From assembly GCA_000091205.1 (NCBI GenBank), contig AP006495.2: DNA of 64,000 nucleotides. The stretch is one strand, 5' to 3'. Positions 21,563 through 32,587 of this stretch are shown one piece after another; position 1 is the first letter of the stretch; each line of letters starts with the position of its first letter. Origin of the DNA: Cyanidioschyzon merolae (Eukaryota). Below the pieces are notes generated by a model. It saw nothing but the letters and a program-made list of their open reading frames with translations, was not told the DNA's origin and did not search any database. The position numbers were made by a program, and so were the translations under genes.

Positions 21563-21740
21563 CTAGATCGGCGTTAAATATAAGCGTTCATGAAACACGG
21601 TCGTACACGCTGAAATGTGGGTCTCTTCCACCAGTCATGAACACCGGCGTTTGAGCGCCTCAAGTGCGACTGCCTTCATTTCCTGTCTCTAAATACGCTT
21701 GTTGACGAAGGCGGTCTCTCATGACTATCCAGCTCCGTTG

Positions 21741-22061
21741 TCAGTAGTCGAGCGATGGTGATGGCTGCGTTTCAGTGATAGCTTCTGAATTCTGGCTGCA
21801 GTCGACGCATATCATGCACAGACGCAGGTCGCGATCTGGGCTGCGCTCGCCGTTTCCCTGTTCCTTTTTGTACATAGACTCTGTGCACTCTCCGCAGCAA
21901 TGACACTTGACTCTGGTCGGGTGTTCCCATATGTCCACTACACCTCTTATTCCTCTGAGGGCCGCTCTGTGACGCGTGAACGCTTGCCTAATCGCTCGGT
22001 ACCTGTCCGTGTCGGGTACAGAAGTCTCCCCTTGGTGCCCGCCTCCGTTTCCGTGCCCCAT
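21741..22061 (-). CDS. Possible small Cys-rich (zinc-ribbon-like) protein.
   Basis: The 106-aa ORF contains CHCCGEC ... CMICVDC. Weak call. Confidence 0.2.
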   Translation of the reverse strand: MGHGNGGGHQGETSVPDTDRYRAIRQAFTRHRAALRGIRGVVDIWEHPTRVKCHCCGECTESMYKKEQGNGERSPDRDLRLCMICVDCSQNSEAITETQPSPSLDY

Positions 22062-23971
22062 GCCCTGCCCTACTGCAGTCAGGAGCCTCCTCTGAGAGAT
22101 TATCGTCTCGAGTACGCTGACCGCTGCGCTCGTAAGCGTACGTTGTTCCTTTCGATAGTGGATTTATAGAATGCGTTGCTGTCCATGATGAACAGGTACC
22201 GCACGGAAAATCCAGGTTATAGTACAAGCCGCGAATCTTCGATTCGTCTGCACGCGCTCCAAACGAATCCGAAACACAGTCCCCGCTGAAATCGATCGCA
22301 GTGGTGACTCATGACCGAGTACAAGACTCTACGCCATGCAAACACAGAGGTCGCGAGCCTCCGGCATCGAATTCCATGAGGAGTATCAAGCTGCGCTCGA
22401 ATACCGTCTCGTCGACGGCCACAGAGAGAGGAGGACATGCTCTTCGAACGAAATCTAATATTGGCATGGAGGAACATAGTGCATTCTGGGCATGATTTTG
22501 TGAAGATGTCGTCACGGGTCACGATCGCGTTGCATTTTCCCTGTCAACCCAGCAGGGAGCATTGCTGCGCCTATGAGTTGCCTCGGATCGGAAAAGTGGA
22601 AGACTTTAGAGATGGCTGATTTGAGCATGCTACACCTAAAGAAAGACAGAGCGTGGACGCTCGTACACAAGAATCGATTGATCATATTGGTTATTTAATA
22701 GACGCTTTTTCGATGGCGTCACAGATCATCCTGATGACGGTCATGCAACGAATTCCAGCGTCAAAGATTCCAAACCGCCACTAGGAAATGGTGCCCGAGA
22801 ACCCCAAATCTACGTGCCATACGATCGCACCTCCTCCTGCATGTCGAATGTCGAGGATCTACATCTAAAAAACACGCGGAAAGAAAATCGAAAAGTAGGA
22901 ATAGAGCAATCAGCCAAGTGTTTCCGTTCAGCCTAATACCGGTGTAGGGAACCGACGAGTCGGCACCGTTCAGCGCGCGAAAGTTTTCCTGGCTGCGGCT
23001 CGGTTCCCTGCGAGCCCTCTCAAGTCCACGACACTAAGAAACCTTCTTGCCATCATTTCCAAAAGCGACGTTGAATGCAGAATGTCTCGCGGGCTCGGGT
23101 AGTTCGCTTGGCGGTGCGTTGTGGTTCCAGGCAGGGCGAGCGCTGCAGCACCGCTCGAGCGCCCTCCACCAGTCCATGGACGATGCCGTGGGAAGCGCGC
23201 TCTGCGCTCAGGCCGCGTCCCCGTCGCCGAGTTCCTCCAGCGTATTGGCCTGCTCACCCAGCCATGGACCCGCTTGTACAGCCGTTCAGCGTCCGGATGG
23301 ACAAGGAGACTCACGGCAGTGGGCCGCATATAATGGACCGTACGAGCCAGCATCCGCAGAGGCAATGTGTACCCATTCTGTCGCTGTGCGGCGCCTGCGT
23401 GTTCGCTGGATCCATCAAGCCCTTACTCCATAGATCATCAATGCTCTAGGGCTCTTGGAACATAACGGCATCTGCGGAAGCGTCCAGCTTCATGTCCTGT
23501 TTACCAGCCGCACTCGCGTACGCACGAGAAGCGTATTCCATTCTGCTATCTGGCAGCATTGGAAAAAACGCAGTGCGGCCATAAAGTGTTTGTGCGTCGC
23601 ATAGCCCCCAGACGCGCCGACATTGGATATCACGCACCGACTCCGTTCCGTTAAGGTGCAATCGAATACTGAAGAGGTGACGTTTGCGCCTCCTGCCGAA
23701 AACCTGCCGAGTACAAGCAAACGGAATCGTTTGGTATGCAGAAGCCATCGGAGGCTCCGCTGAAGATTCAGGCGCCTGGCCAGCGCTCGCTCATCACCGT
23801 CATGTCTTCGTATGCCTCTGGACGAGCGGATACGTCGCGAGATTCCTCGACGACGTTGCAACGGTGAAAAAAATGCGATCAAGCGACGCTTCAGCTGGCC
23901 GAGACGCGGTGCCTGCTGCATTAATGATCCTGCTCGCACTCGTGTACTGCGCTGTGCCGTACTCTGCCTGA

Positions 23972-25795
23972 TTAAGACTTTTGTCTCGTCCAACTGAAGA
24001 CGGATAGGGACTCTGGAGCCACAGCCGCGAAAACGCCCAGCCTCTCATCCGCAACCACGTTCGGTACGAACCGCTGTTCTGAACCGCGCTCACACGCAAC
24101 GCCGAGGTTCAGGCAAAAGGATTCTGAAATAACTCCTGGCGCCCAACAGCGGAGCGCTCCAGGCGATTTCGCGTCACCGGACAGGAGCAGAGGCACAGGA
24201 TCGTCCTCGGGTGCCTGTCGGTTCGGCAACATCGCGAAATCCGTGCTGCAGAGCTGAGGACCGGGCTGGAAGCCACTCGCTCTGTGTACGACGAGCGGTT
24301 GTCCACTGGGATGGTCAACGTCCACGAGCACGTGCTCTCCATCGGAGGCCAGGCCGCGGCGTCCCGAAAGAAGCATGAAGCGCCTGTGGACTCGCATGCA
24401 ATACATCTGTGTCGGGCTTGAAAACAAGTCAGGGAAGCGATACGCCTCGACAGCATGATTCCCGGAAAGCGTGCTCCACGAAAACTCTACCGTATGTAAC
24501 GATTGCAGCGTGCAAAAGTTAAGTTGCTCGCTGCAGGAGTCTCCCACAGAATCCAAATGCATCGAGTGGATACCGCCAGAAGGGACAGCGCAGCGGAAAA
24601 TACCGAGTGGCTCCAGCGTTTTGCGCAGATCAAAGAGTCGCAGGAGACCACGTTGCGATCCGACAGCAATTCCGTGTTCCCACGAATTCGCGAACTTAAC
24701 GGACCACAGCGGCTCTCCGACGAAAATCTTTGCGGCAAACAGACGCGTTTGCATATCCACGAGGGACACATTACCGTCCAGCGACGCAGATGCGAGCAGC
24801 TGTCCGTTTGAAGTGACGTCTCGAATGGGGCCTCGATGGAGGTCCGGATCCAACGCGGGCACCACCGGAGACGACATGAGCTCTAGTGGAATCTCTTTCA
24901 GCGTATAGGTTTGCGCATCGTGGACTCCCTTCATGTCCGATACCGCTGTCGATACGTAAATGCTTGCGCGATCGGCATGAATGTACGCAATGCGAGCTCG
25001 ATCGAGCAGACAACGCGTCTGGCCGCAGAATCGAATATTCAAACGTTCGAGCATCGAGTAATCTGACGAGGCGGCAGCACGCTCTCTGGGGTCTACACTC
25101 ACCATTGCAGGGGGCAGTTCTGCCGTACCCGCTGCCCCTGGTATCTGGGCACTAGTGCACAATCGCTCTGGCTCTGATTTTCGCTGTTCGCGTCCTGATG
25201 ATGCTTGAAGCGTGCGCAATTCATTCCTCACACGACAGAGCTCTAGCTCCATCCTGACCCGCCTTTTACGCTCCACCCGCAATGCATTGCGAAGCTCTTC
25301 GCATTCATCCACCTCTCTTGTAACAAGCTGAACGGTAGCAGGGTCTCTCTGAACGTGACTGAGCTGACGCTCGTCTGCAGCTCCGGTGCGATTTCCACCT
25401 GGTCGAGCGTCACGCTCCATGTGCGTACCTGGTACGTAGAGGAGACGGATATCGCAGAGCTGTGCCCGCTGCTTGCACTGTGGACAGCAACGGTCACTTG
25501 CGCGCCGTTGCTGACGCAGCCATCGTTCCAGACACGAGCGCCCGAAGATATGGCCACAACGCAAGCAGCATATCTGGTGGGCACCAGCGCTGGCAAGCTG
25601 CTCGAAACAGATGGGGCACTCTGAGGCACAAATAATGGCGCTGGGTCTCGAGACTGCCTCGAGGTCAGGTTCGGGGGCCTCGCGCAGACCGGGGTGCGTC
25701 GGGCTCACCCCAGAACCCTGAGCACTGAGGTCCATTAGCGCGTAGTTCCGGGCGATCCCGCCATGGTACAACCGGGGGCGTAAACCCGCTCGCAC
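23972..25795 (-). CDS. RING-finger plus WD40 E3 ligase-like protein (RFWD3-like architecture).
   Basis: N-terminal C3HC4-type RING (CPICFEQL...CGHIFGRSCLERWL...CPQC), a central coiled coil (RNELRTLQASSGREQ) and a C-terminal WD40-like region (LLASASLDGNVSLVD, GIAVGSQRGLLRLFD). 607 aa. Confidence 0.6.
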   Translation of the reverse strand: MRAGLRPRLYHGGIARNYALMDLSAQGSGVSPTHPGLREAPEPDLEAVSRPSAIICASECPICFEQLASAGAHQICCLRCGHIFGRSCLERWLRQQRRASDRCCPQCKQRAQLCDIRLLYVPGTHMERDARPGGNRTGAADERQLSHVQRDPATVQLVTREVDECEELRNALRVERKRRVRMELELCRVRNELRTLQASSGREQRKSEPERLCTSAQIPGAAGTAELPPAMVSVDPRERAAASSDYSMLERLNIRFCGQTRCLLDRARIAYIHADRASIYVSTAVSDMKGVHDAQTYTLKEIPLELMSSPVVPALDPDLHRGPIRDVTSNGQLLASASLDGNVSLVDMQTRLFAAKIFVGEPLWSVKFANSWEHGIAVGSQRGLLRLFDLRKTLEPLGIFRCAVPSGGIHSMHLDSVGDSCSEQLNFCTLQSLHTVEFSWSTLSGNHAVEAYRFPDLFSSPTQMYCMRVHRRFMLLSGRRGLASDGEHVLVDVDHPSGQPLVVHRASGFQPGPQLCSTDFAMLPNRQAPEDDPVPLLLSGDAKSPGALRCWAPGVISESFCLNLGVACERGSEQRFVPNVVADERLGVFAAVAPESLSVFSWTRQKS

Positions 25796-26794
25796 TGCGA
25801 CGACTCACGCCGGTGTTCTCTCCAAGGTAAAGGCCCTGGGAGCGCCCTCGTCCCGAAGACCAACTGGACCCGCACCGCTGAACGCACAAGTCGCCGCCTG
25901 AAGAAGGTACCTTGAGGGGCTGCTTTCGAATATCGAGACTGCTTTTGGAATGCGGTGCACAGCAGCTCTATCCAAAGCGGCAACTTTCCACAGTGCCAGC
26001 AGTTCAAGTGTATGTACAGCGCCGTCGACTAAAACAGGCACGGAACGGCGAACGCCCACAGTTCAAATACCGCTTCGGAAATGCAGCTTGGAATCAATTT
26101 TTCGTTGACGAAACGATTACGTTGATCTTGGATCCCAGACTGAACGATGAATTTTGGTATCCTGGTATGCGTTCATCGAGCTATACCCTACCTTCAAGTT
26201 CCATTACTTATACGTTGTTCCGGATGTACCGACTGTTTTGTACGTTCCACTGTGTACCAAGCCCGCCGTGAGCACCCCCAACAGCGATTATACTGCTGGT
26301 GCATATGTATGACGGAGACAGAGCGGCTTTGCCATTCCACTGCGGGCGTCGGATGGAGGAATGCTATGCCTGACACGGAATCAGGGCTAATGGTCATTCT
26401 GGGAACCTGAAATATGCGCAGAGAAACTTACTGCCTGCGGCAGCGCCAAGCGATATGCTAGGAGATAACTGCAACATGGGCGATGCCCAGACGCAGCCTA
26501 CCCGCTCCTAGTCCCAGAATAACCCGCGTTGCGGACGAGTCGCTCAGGTCTCATTACAACATCCGCCACTGGAGGGGACGCGAAGCACGGGCCTGGTAGA
26601 CAAGTTCGGCTCGCGGGACCTTCCGCCTGGGAGATAAGCTTTCGAGAATACGGAAAATTTTTCCCTTTCAAAGGTTACCATGAAGGTGGCACCAGAATGC
26701 TATCGAGTTGCTCGTTAATGGATATTTTCTGTTCTTTTTACACATTTGCAGCTAGTACGTCACGTGTTTCTGTTGTTACCACCACGGATACTTC

Positions 26795-27019
26795 GTGGAA
26801 CCCTTGAAGACTTTTCCCTGGCGTCAGGCGACATCCTTCTTTTTCACAACATGGCATTTCACCCTTCGAGTTCGAACTTTTACCGATTCTATATGGGTAG
26901 ACCTGCATTTCATTCCGCCATATTCGCCGTACTTCAACCGCATCGAAGAATTCTTTTCTATGTTGAAACGTAATGATCGCTCAGATGGAAGAATCGCTGA
27001 AGATTTCAGCGCACGGTGA
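26795..27019 (+). pseudogene. Tc1/mariner-type (DDE_3) transposase C-terminal remnant.
   Basis: IWVDLHFIPPYSPYFNRIEEFFSMLKR matches the hallmark ...D..(L/F)PPYSPDLNPIE..W..LK C-terminal block of Tc1/mariner/IS630 transposases. No upstream catalytic region is left. Confidence 0.45.
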
Positions 27020-27079
27020 CACACCGGACCATATGTCGTCTCTCTTCCGCGGGTCCTTCTCCCTCTGGGAAGGTCCCTA

Positions 27080-27482
27080 CCTCAGGGCATTAGCACGTGC
27101 GTTCATTTAAAGAAATAAAAAATCCAAGCGATGAGCTGCGCTGTACACTGCAGAGGGTCGAGATGCAGAAGGGCCGGCAGAGCGCTCAGTGGATTGAAAA
27201 GTACGCAACGCTGACAGAGCAGAAACTGGCGCAAAGGGCATGAGTTTTAGCAATCCTTGCAATAATGCGTTCTAGTAGAGGCAAGAAGCGCATGGAGTTC
27301 GTGAACCGAACCTTGAACGCCGCCATCAATATCAGACGATTTGCGATGCTGGGGAGAGAAAGCCCAGGAGTTGACGCGAGCCAACGTTGTGGAGCAGCCT
27401 CTCAGGTTCAAAGTATACAAGGAAAATCTATAACCAGTAACATGCGGCCGGTCAAAAAAGGCTAGGAGGCGTCTGTGAGTGG
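27080..27482 (+). mobile_element. Fanzor-like family, copy B: short internally deleted derivative (~0.4 kb).
   Basis: 5' end tagcacgtgcgttca..taaagaaataaaaaatcca is homologous to the D/A/C 5' ends. ORF 27265..27465 encodes GKKRMEFVNRTLNAAINIRR (RuvC-III motif). 3' tail gcagcctctcagg...ccggtcaaaaaaggctaggaggcgtctgtgagtgg. Confidence 0.55.
27385..27482 (+). ncRNA. Candidate omega-RNA scaffold: the conserved 3' tail of copy B.
   Basis: Homologous to 58818-58934 (D) and 48958-49043 (C, minus strand). Contains the conserved hairpin agcct-ctc-aggct/aggtt and the terminal GGCGTCTGTGAGTGG block. Sequence diverges immediately downstream. Confidence 0.3.
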
Positions 27483-27823
27483 TTTCCAGGGTACCCTCTC
27501 GAGCCGATGCCCTCTGCGATATGGCAACGCCGACCTCTGTCCGTGCCATGACCGCACCGGCACTACAGGCGCTATTCCGGACATTCAGGCCATGCACTAC
27601 GCCCGAGGTAGAACGTCTGAAGCGGCCAGTATATCCGGGAAGGGTTAGAAGTTATGGAACTTGGGAGTAGAGCGCGCAATGATGGATGCTTCACTGTGCC
27701 CTGATATCGAGCGCCCAGTCGCAGAACGCTGGTCTAGGTCCAGGTTTCATGGAATTCAAGAATGCAACATTTCACGCCGACTCTGTCGGAAACCGCGCCC
27801 GCGCAATACCTCTTCGATAGCTT

Positions 27824-28561
27824 GTGGAGCTCGCTTCTGTATTGAAGCTGGGACACGCACTCGAAATGGACGTGGCAAATATGAAAGTTGCCGAGCTACG
27901 CTGCGAGCTCGAGAGAAGAGGCCTCGATACCACGGGGAAAAAGCAGGAGTTACAGGAGAGACTTCAGAAAGCGCTTGAGCAGGAGGCGCACGGAGAAACT
28001 TCCGCAGCAGAAGCAGTGCCTTCGAAAGGCGACAAAGAGGCCGAGGCGGAGTCTGCTGAGCATGGCACCAGACCAGAACGTGGAGATCAGCAAAGTGCTT
28101 CGAACCAGGAGCAGGGCGCTCTGGAGGCGGGCGCAGAGGACACAGGAACCGGGAACCTCGACACTACGAGTGCGCCAAGAGCATCAGCGCCCGCACCGGA
28201 AAACTCCTCTTCACCTGAGAAGGAAACAAGAAAACTTACGGACGAAGAACTTGAGCAGTTTCTCACGCCCGCCGAGCGAGAGGAAGTTGCGAAAACCATG
28301 GCGCGAGCTGCTCGGTTTGGGGTGCCCTATGGGGGTCTGCCGGCGGAGCTCCGGCGCGCCGCTCTCAACCGGTACCGCAAACGAAGGCGTTTCGAGAAAG
28401 CACTAGAGAAACACGGAGGCCTCGTCCCGGTTGATGAGGCGGAAGAGGAACGGCGGCGGAAACGCATGGAACGTTTCGGCCTGTCCAAGCCAGTACTTGA
28501 ACTCGAAGCGGAGGAACGCGAGCGGAAGCGTTATGAGAACAAGCCGGAAAAGACCAGATAG
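27824..28561 (+). CDS. SAP-domain ribonucleoprotein (SARNP/CIP29/Tho1-like).
   Basis: N-terminal SAP motif MKVAELRCELERRGLDTTGKKQELQERLQKAL. The C-terminal region has the repeated RAARFG / RMERFG motifs typical of Tho1/CIP29. 245 aa; acidic low-complexity middle. Confidence 0.7.
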   Translation: MELASVLKLGHALEMDVANMKVAELRCELERRGLDTTGKKQELQERLQKALEQEAHGETSAAEAVPSKGDKEAEAESAEHGTRPERGDQQSASNQEQGALEAGAEDTGTGNLDTTSAPRASAPAPENSSSPEKETRKLTDEELEQFLTPAEREEVAKTMARAARFGVPYGGLPAELRRAALNRYRKRRRFEKALEKHGGLVPVDEAEEERRRKRMERFGLSKPVLELEAEERERKRYENKPEKTR

Positions 28562-28953
28562 ATACGTCATTCCGAAAAATATTACAACAACACGAAAAGA
28601 CAACACTTTATCCTCGCCAAGCGGCACAGAACATGAGCAACAATGCGGTGCAAGTTCCCCTGACACGCGAGTCAGTTATGGAAGCAACCAGCATGGCGTC
28701 GTGGCATCCTACGTTCGAATGCATCCTCACGGATGACACACTTGGAAGCGTCATCGTGCCTGGGTGTGGACGCCATGCCTTCGCGTTGCGCGGCCAAAGG
28801 GCGATGATCCGTCGTTGACCCTGGGCACCCAGGTCGCGTCTACTGTATCCTCCAACCCTCCATTGTCGAGCGCCCGTCCACGGAAAATCCCTTTAAAGTT
28901 CCTGGTCACCTTGAGAAGTATCGGCAATGACTTCGCACAGCACCGCTAGCAAA

Positions 28954-29295
28954 CTAGTGGCGATCCTCTCGCACGTAGATTTGACGGCCGTCCAAAGTGG
29001 TTTCGTTCAACTCACGTATCGCCCGTTGCGCTGAGGCCTCGTCCTCATATTCCACCACCCCACAACCCCTCGAGCGCCGCGTCTCTTTGTCTAAGTAAAC
29101 GTCTGCGTAGGTGACTTCGCCGGCGCTGCGCATGTGGTCCTTCAGACCGCGCCACGTCGTCCGCCAGGCGAGGTTACTAACGTAGACCCGGCACGCAGGG
29201 TTCCGCTGGTGGCGTTTATCCGATTTGAGCTCCTGCGCCGCCACCTCCTCCGTCTTCAGATCTCCCTCAAGCTCGCTCTCCTGATACCCGTTCAT
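28954..29295 (-). CDS. Small RRM-domain RNA-binding protein (Aly/REF-like RRM).
   Basis: RNP-2 VYVSNL and RNP-1 RGCGVVEY, ending ...LDGRQIYV. Only the last 113 codons of ORF 28954..30150 look coding (start MNGYQESELEGD at 29295); the upstream 285 codons are Arg/Ser-rich junk. Confidence 0.6.
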   Translation of the reverse strand: MNGYQESELEGDLKTEEVAAQELKSDKRHQRNPACRVYVSNLAWRTTWRGLKDHMRSAGEVTYADVYLDKETRRSRGCGVVEYEDEASAQRAIRELNETTLDGRQIYVREDRH

Positions 29296-30535
29296 AACGG
29301 AACACGAACGTGCGACACAACGCGAACTCTTCCGCACTACACTACCTGCCGAGTGCTGGATGCGATCAGCCCTGCGATCGCTTGCGCGATATTGTACACT
29401 GCGCGGGGACGAATGCGTCAGCGCGCACGCAGATAGACACGTGCCGTTGATGCTGCACGATGCGCCACGTGGCGCGCTGTGCGATGCGATGACGCATCGA
29501 GTGCTCACCCATGCAGCGGTTGTAGCGGCGGCGCTGTGCCGTCTGCGCATGCGTCCGCTGATTCGGTGCTGGCCGGTGCTGTGCGCGCGTATCGCACTGG
29601 GAACGGCGCGCCGCTGGGGCTGCGGAGCGATACGCTCCTCGGTGCAGCGGGGAGAGATGGTCGCTCGCGTGGCGTCCATGTCGCTGTGTATGTGTCTGGA
29701 TGTTATCTGATTAGGGTGCAGCCTGTACAAACGTTTGATCCGTGTCCGTATGCCTTGCAGACGATCGTCTCGACCGTAGATAATGCAGCGTGAGCGAATA
29801 GTCGGCGGGAGACAAAGGCCTGTGCGACACTGGCGTTTCGCTTGTGAACAGAAATAGACGAAGCGCGATGCATGGCGGTACCGAACTGGTGTCGAATGGA
29901 CGCTCGGTTTCGCACAGAGCGATCCAGCATGGAACCATGTATGCTCGGTGTTTGGGTGTATGGAGAGTATGCGTGCTTCCGGAGCAACGATACGGAACCT
30001 TGGGATGCATGCTCGTCGCTGAACGATAGCACTCTTGGAGGTGCCGATCTTTTCTGGATACCTGACTTTTGATGTTGTCCGGATGCTCTCCAGAGACGTG
30101 TGCGTTGAACCTGTCCGATGTACTTGCCAGACCGGCTCGGCACGGGCCATGCACTCGCACTGACAGCAGAGTGTAGGGCAAAACGACTATAGAATCGGAC
30201 TCGAAGTGTTCCGTCTCCAAGGTTTCCGCCCCCCGATGTTTGGAGCGGTACTTCTAGGCGAAGCTCATCATGCATCACTTGCGGTAGCCCAAAAGGGCAA
30301 CGCGAAGCTGTCTCGCATGCTTGTGAGGCAGCAGCAAAGCCTCCAATGCCAAAGAAAAAGCATCCCCAGGAGAATCTGGTACCCAGGTGGGCGCTGAATC
30401 GATTCGGTCCAAGTCGTCTTAAGTGAGGCTCGCTTCGAATGGCGCATCTTGGAAGCGACCGGTACAACACGCCAATGGCTTGCGTGGTAAACCAAGAATC
30501 ACATTGGCAAATCCGATGGGATCTGGTTAGGCGTG

Positions 30536-32420
30536 CAGCGACGAATGCTGGAAGGGACATTCGGACGTGATCTTGCTAATATTACTTGTTTCTCTCACAG
30601 ACGTTCAACAAAAGAAACGGATCCTGCAGATTCGACAGACATAGCAGATACACTCTACACAAGCGCTGCTAACATGCGAATCAATGGGGCTTACCTCTAG
30701 CGTGCAGGCATTCTACGTTCAGCACTTTGGTGAACCAGTACTCTCTAGGGCCGTGCGCTAAACGTCGAGCACCCGAACAGAGCCTCTGCAACGCCGTCAA
30801 CGCGACAGTCGTCCGAGCAGTCCATTCCGCTCCATCCATGCGTGCCGCACCAAATACGACCAGACAAGCCACAGAATATGAATGCTCCGCCCAGGTGCGA
30901 CGGACGCTCCTGAGGCGACGCCCCCGGGGAAAGCAAAAAGCACGCCGAACAACACAGACCGGTGACTTCCGACTGAGACGCGAACGCTGCGTGCAGCAAG
31001 CACGGGTTCCCGCCGCACTCGGCACGACTGTATCCGGGCGAGACGCCACACCGCCTCCACAAGGGCATTCAAAGAGCGAGCAACATGCCGCTGGGCGTCT
31101 ACAGAAGACCAGCCAGCATGCCGACTGCATCAGCCACTGCGGCGATTCGGTCGAGCGGTCGCTTGCAACTCGCCAAACGCGCGAAATCCTTCTAGAGCCG
31201 GTCCTTCGTCGGTGCACGCTTCGTCGCTTCTCCTTCACACATGCCGCTGCCCTGCCCCGAGACAACGACGACGCCCATCACTGAAAATCAGCGGAGGAGT
31301 GCGCAGCTTGTCTGGCGTTCCCGCCCCTCATTCCGAGAACGTTGCTAGGCGTTCCAGACGCGGGGCTGCCAGCGGTCCGCGTCCCTCAGAGAGCCTGCGA
31401 TCCAACGTTCGTGGGGCACTGCAGCTGACGCTCGGCACCCCAGGGACAATACGAGTTCATTCTTCCAGGGCGTGGTAGCATCGGGAGTCGGGCGCGACGG
31501 ATGCCACCAGGCCTATCGACGAGCGGAGTGACGGCCCCAGGACCCGTGTGGACGCGCTGAGAGTGCCGTATCGAGCAGCGCGGGATGCGCTTCACGCTTC
31601 GCTCAGGGAGTACGCGAGACTCTGGATGACTCACGCGGACAGTCTATTGATCGAGTCCACGAGACAGCGCAATGGAGTCGCCGGCCGTTGCGGCCGTACG
31701 GGGCCAGTGAGCGTGCCCTCGCCAACATGTTCCATGACCACGAAGGGCAACTGGCCGATATATCGTTTCGCTCGATGGTGGTGATGGCGGTGGGCGTAGC
31801 GGCACCCGCTGGCACTGGGCGTGCCGGGGCACCCAAGCGCTGCACGCCTCTGCTCCCTCGACGAGCGTTTCCAACGAGTGCAGGACTCGATGCCATGCGA
31901 TTCCCGTGATTGGCTTTCCGACGACATCCACGCGTCACGGGCTCGGGTGCTCGCTGATCCCCAGGTAGCGAAGAAGCACATGAAGCAGAGACGGATGCAC
32001 GGCATGGTGTGCGGCAAGCCGATCGGACGTCAGCGGGCGAGACAATCGAAGACGACCGGCTCGCGATGTGGCGTGCTTGCACCACGAACAACGCGTGTGA
32101 GGAGTTTCTGCACGCGGTATCGAACGCGTCGTTCAACACCCGGACCTGCCTGGTGCATCCGGTGCGTCCAGGAGCTCTGTGTTGAGCGGACATTCAAGGG
32201 AACGTTTGTTTCGTAACGCAGCCGAGGTACTGTACGAAAGGCGCTGCAGTGTTTTGATGAACAGAAATCCGTGCCCAGGCGAGAGCGAGAACGGGATATT
32301 CGCCTAGCGTCATTCACTGGCAGGTTATGGTTCAGCGATCCGGATAGACGTCAGAAGTGCATCGATAACGGTTTGCCGGGGCATTTACTGAGCGACCATG
32401 GTGCTCCATGGTTCAACATC
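30536..32420. repeat. Copy 1 of a ~1.9 kb near-identical direct duplication (copy 2 at 39358..41242).
   Basis: Colinear identity read directly from the sequence, with a constant offset of 8822 bp. Translated ORFs in the two copies differ at only a few residues. Boundaries are where the flanks diverge (agcgacgaat... on the left, ...ggtgctccatg.ttcaacat on the right). No convincing coding content. Confidence 0.85.
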
Positions 32421-32587
32421 ATGGACGATAAGCGCTCCGCGATCCACCGCTGTCAAATCACGGAACGCACGACGCCAGTCGGCGGATTCGCGCTCTTGGA
32501 CGCGCACCTACCCATCAGGCTGGCTCTTGGGACCCGCGTCGCACCTCAAGTGCAGCTGGCCGCCAAAATACAGTTCGGGTATGCGTC

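Noticed and set aside
28954-30150. 398-aa ORF containing the RRM domain.
   Set aside because: Only the C-terminal 113 codons are protein-like. The upstream ~285 codons are Arg/Ser/Cys-rich and overlap equally long ORFs on other frames, typical of GC-rich non-coding sequence. The gene was truncated to 28954-29295.
30681-31265. 194-aa ORFs inside both copies of the 1.9 kb duplication (also at 39504-40088), together with several overlapping ORFs.
   Set aside because: They are Arg-rich low-complexity translations with equally long ORFs on the opposite strand and no recognisable domain. Their conservation is explained by the DNA duplication itself.
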